64,000 nt of DNA from Candidatus Uhrbacteria bacterium. GTDB lineage: Bacteria > Patescibacteriota > Patescibacteriia > UBA9934 > GWF2-40-263. A model generated the notes under the pieces. It had not been told where the DNA came from. It saw only the letters and a program-made list of their open reading frames with translations, and did no database searches. Where the stretch lies: the NCBI GenBank assembly GCA_016209325.1, contig JACQWJ010000034.1, forward strand, positions 220 to 64,219, given 5' to 3'. The position numbers and the translations under genes are program-made. This document shows, piece by piece, positions 17,523 to 24,473 of this stretch; within the stretch, counting starts at the first letter, position 1, and the number at the start of each line of letters is the position of its first letter.

Positions 17523-17819
17523 ATGAGCGAAACCGTCCCCAAGGGACATCCACCCGTCCTCAAAGCGAAGATCGTCCTTGATGCTCTCCGAGAACAAAAG
17601 ACGATGGCTGAGCTCTCAAGCCTCTACGGCGTGCACACGCTGAAGATCAAAAACTGGAAGAGACAAGCCCTGCTTGCCATCCAGGACGGCTTTACGGAGA
17701 AGACCAAGCAAACCAAAAAAGAACAGGAGGAACTCACGTCCTCCCTCTACCAGGAGATCGGCCGACTCAAAATCGAGATCGACTGGCTTAAAAAAAAGAT
17801 GGGACTCCTTGAGTCGTGA
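17523..17819 (+). CDS. IS3-family transposase OrfA (HTH DNA-binding)
   Basis: 98 aa, KAKIVLDALREQKTMAELSSLYGVH HTH, leucine-zipper-like tail; ends at slippery A7G. Confidence 0.8.
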   Translation: MSETVPKGHPPVLKAKIVLDALREQKTMAELSSLYGVHTLKIKNWKRQALLAIQDGFTEKTKQTKKEQEELTSSLYQEIGRLKIEIDWLKKKMGLLES

Positions 17820-18669
17820 GCAGGGCCTCACCGTCCGGGATCGGGTGGCACTCCTTGAGCGAGACCATCCGGATCTGCCCCTCTCTCGCCAAACCGAGCT
17901 TCTCGGCGTCTCTCGCGCCTCCGCCTACTACCGTCCGGCGGGACCCTCGAAGTGCGATCTCGCCCTCATGGAGGAGATCGACCAACTGTACACTGAGCGC
18001 CCATACTACGGCTCCCGACGTCTGGCTCGAGAGATTTCCAAACGTCGGAAGGAGAACGTGAATCGCAAGTGTATTCAGCGCCTCATGGGTCAGATGGGAC
18101 TCGAAGCCATCTATCCCAAGCCGAACTTAAGCCGAAATACGGCCAAACATCCGATTTACCCCTATCTCCTGCGAGGCGTGAAGATCGAACGACCCAATCA
18201 GGTCTGGAGCACAGACATCACCTACATCCGCCTCTCCCATGGCTTCGTCTACCTCGTGGCCGTGATCGACTGGTACTCCCGCCTGGTTCTCGCCTGGCGG
18301 GTCTCAACCACGATGGAAGCCGGCTTCTGTATCGAGGCAGCAGAGGAAGCAATTGCGATGTACGGCGTACCGGAGATCTTCAACAGCGACCAGGGCGTTC
18401 AGTTCACAAGCGCCGACTACATTGCCATCTGGGAGACGCGCGGTGTCCGCCTCAGTATGGATGGGCGCGGTCGGGCCCTCGACAACATCTTCGTCGAGCG
18501 ACTGTGGCGAACCGTCAAATACGAGGAGGTCTACCTGAAGCACTACGAGACCGTGGAGGAAGCGAGGACGGGCCTCTCCGCCTACTTCCGCTTCTACAAC
18601 CACGAACGCCTCCACCAGAGTCTCCACTACCTCACACCTCACGAGGTCCACTTCCCAAGAGAAGGTTAA
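17816..18669 (+). CDS. IS3-family transposase OrfB (DDE integrase core), expressed via -1 frameshift from OrfA
   Basis: VWSTDITYIRL...VIDWYSRLVLAWRV...FNSDQGVQFTS...ERLWRTVKYEEVY, typical rve DDE motifs; ORF-track 17674-18669 includes the -1-frame overlap with orfA. Confidence 0.8.
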
Positions 18670-18749
18670 ACCAAAAAAAATCGGGCCTACCCGCCTGTCC
18701 TGGAACTTGCCACCAAGAACGGACTGGTACGCCTGATTTCCCCAACCAC

Positions 18750-19031
18750 TTATCCACTGACTGTCTTGACGATGGGGTCCACCTTAGTCGGCCAAGCCAC
18801 CTCAGCTCCCTCGAAGGGCAGTTTCACCTGCGCGTCGAGGTTGACCTCGATGGTGTTGTTGTCGATCAAGTGCCAACGGACTTCCGTTGACCAGGGGTTT
18901 TCTCTGCGGAGAAACTTCTTGAACGCCACGAACCACTCCAGTCCGTTGGCGCCAGCAAGCTTCTCGTAGAAATCCTTCATCGGTCCAGCCAGGGCGGCCA
19001 GACCATCAGCGCCGAGCACGTCTTTCGACAT
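18750..19031 (-). CDS. hypothetical protein; possibly the N-terminal fragment of the IS-split DGR target gene
   Basis: 93-aa ORF ending right at the putative right IS end, same strand as target gene; no motif recognised. Confidence 0.35.
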   Translation of the reverse strand: MSKDVLGADGLAALAGPMKDFYEKLAGANGLEWFVAFKKFLRRENPWSTEVRWHLIDNNTIEVNLDAQVKLPFEGAEVAWPTKVDPIVKTVSG

Positions 19032-19346
19032 GGTCAGTCTCCTTCTCTATTTGGTTTCATTCTTGTCCACGAATCTGCGGACGAAAACTACTCCCCGTGT
19101 TGAAAACCGCATCCTGGCTTACTTTAGCCAAAAAATAAGCAAGACGCGATTTTCAACTAGCTCAAGAGAACTGTTAAATTGTACCACATTTTGTCATAAA
19201 TGTCAAACATAATATATTGTTAGTCCCCAAATCGACTGGAAGTCAACGGAATCATGGCATGACTGAAGTCCGCATGAAGACATAAAAACGAAACATTGAC
19301 GGACAAGTAAGGATACGGTCATAATAGTTAATAACATTTCATATCT

Positions 19347-19580
19347 ATGCCTCCCGCATCTACCATCATGTCCGTATCACTACCCAGGATGCTCACGAAG
19401 GCGATCGACGCCCTCGCGACAAGCACCCAGCAGAACAGAAGCGAACTCGTACGATCTGCCCTGCGTGAATATATCGCGGATGCGGGGGAAGAACGGGAAC
19501 GGTTCATCCGGGCGTACAAGGCGACGCGGAAAGAGGCAACCGTAAGCCTCGCTCGACTCAAGAAGAAATACGCGCTCTAG
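19347..19580 (+). CDS. ribbon-helix-helix (CopG/ParD-like) antitoxin
   Basis: 77 aa; ...SELVRSALREYIAD... RHH pattern; 3 nt upstream of relE/parE-like ORF. Confidence 0.6.
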   Translation: MPPASTIMSVSLPRMLTKAIDALATSTQQNRSELVRSALREYIADAGEERERFIRAYKATRKEATVSLARLKKKYAL

Positions 19581-19583
19581 CGT

Positions 19584-19868
19584 ATGTATCGGATCGTCTT
19601 TCGAAAATGATTTGAGCGGACGTTTACGGATATCGACCAGGAAACCCAAAGAACCGTCATCGAAGCGTTGGAACGGCTGGCAGCGGATCCATTCGCCTCG
19701 CCGCATGTAAGAAAGATCGCCGGCGTAACGTACCCCGCCTACCGGCTCAGGGTCGGAAGGTGGCACGTCCTGTACCTCCTCATCACCGAAGACAAGACCA
19801 TCGAAGCCATCGAGCTCTTTCTCAAGACTTCTCAGAAGGAATACAGGAAGTTCGTTTCGGGAAGATAG
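19584..19868 (+). pseudogene. RelE/ParE-family toxin gene interrupted by in-frame TGA at 19608-19610
   Basis: MYRIVFRK-TGA-FERTFTDIDQETQRTVIEALERLAADPF...YRLRVGRWHVLYLLITEDKTIEAIEL, full RelE/ParE fold signature across the TGA; same frame on both sides. Confidence 0.55.
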
Positions 19869-19882
19869 GTAAAATCCCAATT

Positions 19883-20731
19883 TTATAACGCATCCTTCAG
19901 ACGTTTTTTCTTCTGCGGCTTTGTCAAAAAATTTTTCTTGGTGACAACCGGCCGGCCCAGACGTGCTTCGAGATTCTTCCTGGCCCCTCCGGCGATGTCG
20001 CCTCCCGCCTTGGCGTCCGCTTTCAATTTCGGAATGCCTTTTGAATCTTCCGTCCGATGGATCTCGGTCGTTGCGCGTTCGCCAAGCATGTTGAAAATCA
20101 GCTCGAAATCGTCCATGTGATCGCGTAAATTTTCGCGCCTCAATCCCTTCAATGTTTTATATTCGCTGGGCGTCACGCCAAACGTCGCCTTGGAAATCTC
20201 GGCAGTCAATATCTCGTAGTCTTGCCGGTCCTTTGCCCCGCGATTTTTCCATTCGTCGGTAAGTTCTTCGCGAATAGCCATTCCACGCATGCGCTTTTCA
20301 ATCCAATCTTCACTATAGCCTTTGAGTTTGTAAAGCATCCGTGTCCGCTTTGTCGCCAATTCAGGATTCTCGATTTCTCGCATACGTTCGTAACCCACCT
20401 TCGCCAGCCATCGCTTGAACGGTTCGGCCTTAGGGGAAGGAATGGATTGGATAATGCGAAAAATTCCTTCAGTATCCGCACAATTGATCCGCTGGATTCC
20501 GCCTTGCGTCTGAATCAAAAGGGGGGTGGAAATTTGCCCCCATCCTTTAGCAAGATCCGGATCGCGACGACGCATATCCTTTAAATACCCATCTGGTTGA
20601 GACGAATCCGTCAGAACTCCTATCACGTCCACAATCACAAACCACCATTCGCCACGGTGGAATTTCTTGCGAATCTGTTTGCCCTTGAACAAGGCGATCT
20701 GCGTATGTTCGATATTCTCAGCATCAGACAT
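19883..20731 (-). CDS. Bro-N domain protein (DinD / phage antirepressor-like)
   Basis: IALFKGKQIRKKFHRGEWWFVIVDVIGVLTDS matches BRO-N domain; likely start MSDAENIEH; AT-rich islet. Confidence 0.6.
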   Translation of the reverse strand: MSDAENIEHTQIALFKGKQIRKKFHRGEWWFVIVDVIGVLTDSSQPDGYLKDMRRRDPDLAKGWGQISTPLLIQTQGGIQRINCADTEGIFRIIQSIPSPKAEPFKRWLAKVGYERMREIENPELATKRTRMLYKLKGYSEDWIEKRMRGMAIREELTDEWKNRGAKDRQDYEILTAEISKATFGVTPSEYKTLKGLRRENLRDHMDDFELIFNMLGERATTEIHRTEDSKGIPKLKADAKAGGDIAGGARKNLEARLGRPVVTKKNFLTKPQKKKRLKDAL

Positions 20732-20806
20732 ATCGTATTCACGATAAGGCACATTGCGTTCGAAAAAGAACAAACTATTTGAGCGCCTGACCAAGCGTCC
20801 ACTGGG

Positions 20807-21889
20807 CTACGTGGAAGAAGACTCCTGAGGAGGCGGGGGCACGGAACCCCCGCGCAACATGCCCGCCTTGTAGAGCTCAATCACGACGAGGAACGCCGCG
20901 AGGATGACGGGACCGACGATGATGCCGATCGAGCCGAAGACCTCGAGGCCGCCGAAGATGAAGATGAGGACCAGAAAGGCGTGCATGTGGGTCGCGCCCT
21001 TGATGAGGTAGGGGGCGAGCACGTTGTCGGACAGGCCGACGAAAACGGCCGCCCAGATGAGAAGCCCAATGGCGGCGCCGGTGCTGCCGGTGAAAAAGAG
21101 GTAGAGAACCGCAGGGATCATGACGAGGCCAACGCCGAACAAGGGAACTTGGGCCGCGACCACCGTGATCGCTCCCCAGATGAGAGCGCCGGGGACCCCG
21201 AAGATGGACATACCGATCGCGGCCAAGACACCCTGGACGAAGGCCAGGATGACCGCGCCGAACACCACCGAGCGCACGGTCAGGACGATGCGGTGGATGA
21301 TGTCGCGGTCCATGGCGTCCCCGAACGGACTGAGGGCGAGAATCTCGTCGTACATCTTCTGGCGGTCCACCAGGATGTAGTAGAGGGCGATGAAGAAGAT
21401 GAACGTGTTCAGGACCAGACGGGTAGTGCTCGAGAAGAGATCCCCAACATTGCTGAACATCCACTGGGCCAGGTTGCGGGCCAGGGCGTGGAGGTCCCAG
21501 GCGCGGACCTGTTCCTGGACGAACGCAGGCAGGCTTTGGAACAGGGGATGAGAGCGGGGATCGAACGTGGCCAGCCAGCCCGCCTCGCCAAGCGAGCTTT
21601 GGAGGATCTCGGAGGCCTGCTTCACCATAAGGAGCAGGATGAAGAAGACGGGCAGGGCGACGAGCAGGAAGACCCCGCACACGAGCAGGAACGCCGCGAG
21701 CTTCCGATGTCTGATCAAGCGCTCCATGCGGACGTGGAGCGGAGTCAGCATGATGGCCGCGATACCGGCCGCCAGGAGGACCAGGACAAACGGCTGGACT
21801 GTCTGCCAGGCGAGAAACAGGACCGCCGCGGCCAGCGCGAGAAAGAACCATTTTTCCAATCCCATCGTGGCGGAAAGGGGTTGCGACAT
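20807..21889 (-). CDS. AI-2E family transporter (PerM/YdiK-like, UPF0118)
   Basis: 8-TM protein with FIFFIALYYILVDRQKM and C-terminal GGLEVFGSIGIIVGPVILA, typical AI-2E family; start Met uncertain (ORF-track start at 22018 upstream). Confidence 0.7.
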   Translation of the reverse strand: MSQPLSATMGLEKWFFLALAAAVLFLAWQTVQPFVLVLLAAGIAAIMLTPLHVRMERLIRHRKLAAFLLVCGVFLLVALPVFFILLLMVKQASEILQSSLGEAGWLATFDPRSHPLFQSLPAFVQEQVRAWDLHALARNLAQWMFSNVGDLFSSTTRLVLNTFIFFIALYYILVDRQKMYDEILALSPFGDAMDRDIIHRIVLTVRSVVFGAVILAFVQGVLAAIGMSIFGVPGALIWGAITVVAAQVPLFGVGLVMIPAVLYLFFTGSTGAAIGLLIWAAVFVGLSDNVLAPYLIKGATHMHAFLVLIFIFGGLEVFGSIGIIVGPVILAAFLVVIELYKAGMLRGGSVPPPPQESSST

Positions 21890-21971
21890 AACGTATGAAG
21901 GCAAAAAGCGCAAAATATGACGGCAATCCCCTTTAGCATACCATGCCGCGTCCGTTACGACGGCTGAACAT

Positions 21972-22006
21972 GGGGAAAACGCAAACGCCCGGCACGGAGG
22001 CCGGGC
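21972..22006 (-). terminator. rho-independent terminator after major pilin gene
   Basis: Minus strand: CGCCCGGC-CTCCGT-GCCGGGCG then TTTGCGTTTTCC. Confidence 0.5.
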
Positions 22007-22033
22007 GTCGAACGCCATGGTGTTGAAGACGCT

Positions 22034-22537
22034 CTAACGAGCGACTTCGATCTCATCCGTGTTTTCCGACTCGCATGCGCGGATCGTCAGGATGCCGGTC
22101 GCGTCCCGCTGGAGCGTGTAGCCGGAGAGGGTGGCGCCCCAGGTTCCCGTGCCGTTCGGGCTGACGGGAACTTCGGCGAGGTAACCGTCCGTCACCAACT
22201 CCGCCAGGTCGACGCAATTCGTGGCGGAGCTGACAGCGGTCTCACAGGTGGCATTGCAACCGGTGGTGGCGGTGCCGATCATGTACACCTGCCCGGCCGT
22301 CGTGGCAGCGATGTCAGTGGCATACGCACCACTGTTGTCGACCTGGTCAATCTTGACGGCCGAAAGAATTTCCTGGACGTCGCTTTGGCGGACGGTATCG
22401 CGGGCGTCCTCAAAGCGGGTCGCGGGGTCCAGGGCGACGAACACGACCACCGCCAGGATGGCGATGATGCCGATCACAACAAGGAGCTCGATCAGGGTGA
22501 AACCGGCACGGGCGGCGCGACGGAAAGATGACAACAT
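22034..22537 (-). CDS. pilA: type IV pilin (prepilin-type N-terminal cleavage/methylation domain), probable major pilin
   Basis: ARAGFTLIELLVVIGIIAILAVVVF class-III signal peptide with G-1/F+1/E+5; C-terminal Cys pair; strong terminator downstream. Confidence 0.75.
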   Translation of the reverse strand: MLSSFRRAARAGFTLIELLVVIGIIAILAVVVFVALDPATRFEDARDTVRQSDVQEILSAVKIDQVDNSGAYATDIAATTAGQVYMIGTATTGCNATCETAVSSATNCVDLAELVTDGYLAEVPVSPNGTGTWGATLSGYTLQRDATGILTIRACESENTDEIEVAR

Positions 22538-22563
22538 AGAACGGAAAACTTCGTATGAAGGAT

Positions 22564-23559
22564 TTAGATGAACGTGTGATCAGCGGAGAACCGCCGGGGA
22601 CATGCGGCCCGCAAGGCGGCACCGAGCGCGGCACCGTAGGCATGAACCTCGCGTGGAGACAGTCCGGGAACGCGGACGACCTTCCCGATGGGGAACATGG
22701 GGAGTTCGGGGCGCACTTTGGCACACGCTTCCAGCACGGTCTTGTGTGCGGCTTCGACGCCGGCCAGGACCACACAGGAAACGCGCCATCCGCGCGGCTC
22801 GAAATATACCACCGAATCCTGGATCGTTTCAAGGATCATGTCCACCGAGCGCTTGGAGGGGATGCCGGAAAGGAGCGCGTCGGTCCCCCGTTTGGTGGAC
22901 GGGGGGTGGACGCGAAACGTACGCGAAAACAGGCAAGACCCGCCATCGGCATAAAATGCAATCGTGGCCCACGTATGACCAACGTCGACGATGCCCAACA
23001 GTTCCCTGGGCGCGGGACGCACATGGGGGGCAAAACGTCGGCACAGCCGCCAGACGGCTTTCGTATTTGCCTCGGCCGCCGCCATCGCGAATGACGGAAG
23101 GCCGACAGCAGCCAGCAGTCCTTCGACCACCGCTTCTTCGGCAGCATACGCCGTCACGCGCGGACCAACGGACTTGTCCGCCATCGATTCGAAAGACACG
23201 CGGGCGTGTGTGAACGACAAGGGGATGTCCTGCTGGGCCCGTCGACGAGCTTCTTCCTGCCAGGCACCCCGGGCAACGCCGGCCGACAAGGAAACCTGCG
23301 ATGAAAACACACGCGATTCCGGCACCAGAAGAACAGCCGGGAACGCACGACGGCTGAACGGACCACGGGCAAGTGCGCTCTCTAAAAACGTCCGGAGGTG
23401 CTTGGGATCACGCACCTGTTCATCCTCCACGCATCCCTCGGGAAGGGTCAATTCGCGCACGGCACGAACGCGCCCCCACCGGGAAACCCGCGCCAAGCGG
23501 ACATGGTGATCCGACACGTCGATACCGACACCGGAAAGATGAAAGGGGACATGAAGCAT
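22564..23559 (-). CDS. pilM: type IV pilus assembly protein PilM-like (actin-like ATPase fold)
   Basis: GIDVSDHHVRLARV N-terminal actin-fold phosphate-1 motif and central IVDVGHTWATIAF; position in pilus operon. Confidence 0.6.
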   Translation of the reverse strand: MLHVPFHLSGVGIDVSDHHVRLARVSRWGRVRAVRELTLPEGCVEDEQVRDPKHLRTFLESALARGPFSRRAFPAVLLVPESRVFSSQVSLSAGVARGAWQEEARRRAQQDIPLSFTHARVSFESMADKSVGPRVTAYAAEEAVVEGLLAAVGLPSFAMAAAEANTKAVWRLCRRFAPHVRPAPRELLGIVDVGHTWATIAFYADGGSCLFSRTFRVHPPSTKRGTDALLSGIPSKRSVDMILETIQDSVVYFEPRGWRVSCVVLAGVEAAHKTVLEACAKVRPELPMFPIGKVVRVPGLSPREVHAYGAALGAALRAACPRRFSADHTFI

Positions 23560-23560
23560 A

Positions 23561-23947
23561 CTAAGGAGTTTCCTCCCAACGCGTAATAACGATCGTCGAT
23601 GCGTCAACGGTCGCATCCACTTCCAGTCGGCGCACCCATGAACCTTCCGCGGCTTCTACACGAATGGTACAGGATCCACAGGGAACGCCGGCAACGGAGA
23701 TCGTGCAGGAGGCGGGGCCGACTTCCATTGTTTCGCCGGCATATGCGGCGTCACGGGTCAGCTGCGTCATGGCTTCTTCGGCACAACTCTCGGCTGCCAA
23801 CATGAGATGGCCGCTCCCGCGTGCCGCGAGTCCGGTCTCAAGGGCCTGCCATGCCCCAAGCGCCATGCCCCCGGAAAGAAGGAGGAGCAGCGCCGTAAAA
23901 AGCACGACGCCAACGAGCAGCGCCGCGCCACGACGGTCAGTTCGCAT
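23561..23947 (-). CDS. pseudopilin / minor pilin-like protein
   Basis: MRTDRRGAALLVGVVLFTALLLLL hydrophobic N-terminus; small; in pilus operon; start uncertain. Confidence 0.45.
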   Translation of the reverse strand: MRTDRRGAALLVGVVLFTALLLLLSGGMALGAWQALETGLAARGSGHLMLAAESCAEEAMTQLTRDAAYAGETMEVGPASCTISVAGVPCGSCTIRVEAAEGSWVRRLEVDATVDASTIVITRWEETP

Positions 23948-24464
23948 CCCCTTCCAAGGGAATGCGCATGGTGGTTTGAAATGACTCGGCATAGCCATCC
24001 ACGCTTCCTGTGTTCGAGACCGTCTCCAGGGTGAATTCCACGCGTATGATACCGCTCTCTTCGGAACTTGTCAGGTTGGTAAAAACAAAGCGCGTCACGA
24101 TCATGCCGGGCGGGGTCAGACGCACGGCATCTCCATGTGCCTGCATAACGAAGAGATTTCCGTTATCCTCATCCAGAAAAAATATCGTCGGATCTTCCAT
24201 ATTCTCGGACATCGTCAAAGACAACACCCCTGGGTCGACGTCGAATTGCGAACCTCCGAAATCGATTCCTGCCGCGTGACGTACAGCATCCGTCAGCCGA
24301 ACCTCCACAAGACGGGCATGGTGGGACACAGCGGCAACGGCCTTGATACGCGCATGGAGTATCATGGCCTGGAACAGAAGCGAGGACATGACCGTGATTA
24401 AAAACGCCGCAATCGCCAGGGAGACGAGCGTTTCAACGAGGGTAAACCCACGTGGATGCGTCAT
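23937..24464 (-). CDS. prepilin-type N-terminal cleavage/methylation domain protein (minor pilin)
   Basis: RGFTLVETLVSLAIAAFLI class-III signal peptide. Confidence 0.6.
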   Translation of the reverse strand: MTHPRGFTLVETLVSLAIAAFLITVMSSLLFQAMILHARIKAVAAVSHHARLVEVRLTDAVRHAAGIDFGGSQFDVDPGVLSLTMSENMEDPTIFFLDEDNGNLFVMQAHGDAVRLTPPGMIVTRFVFTNLTSSEESGIIRVEFTLETVSNTGSVDGYAESFQTTMRIPLEGDAN

Positions 24465-24473
24465 ACCAAAACA

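Larger units (their letters stand above)
17481..18745 (+). mobile_element. IS3-family insertion sequence (boundaries approximate)
   Basis: orfA (HTH) + orfB (DDE integrase core) in -1 frame arrangement with A7G slippery motif TTAAAAAAAAG at ~17789-17799; ~1.26 kb; ends start TGG...; terminal IRs not confidently resolved. Confidence 0.7.

Noticed and set aside
19584-19868. Genome-wide UGA recoding (code 25-like) to explain the in-frame TGA in the RelE/ParE gene
   Set aside because: TGA terminates other well-defined genes in the window (e.g. zeta-like gene at 14927-14929; IS orfA at 17817-17819), and the GC content is far from recoded lineages. A point nonsense mutation is more parsimonious.
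20877-21926. 349-aa minus-strand ORF overlapping the AI-2E transporter in another frame
   Set aside because: The AI-2E frame has clear TM periodicity and family motifs; this alternative frame is Arg/Pro/Gly-rich noise.
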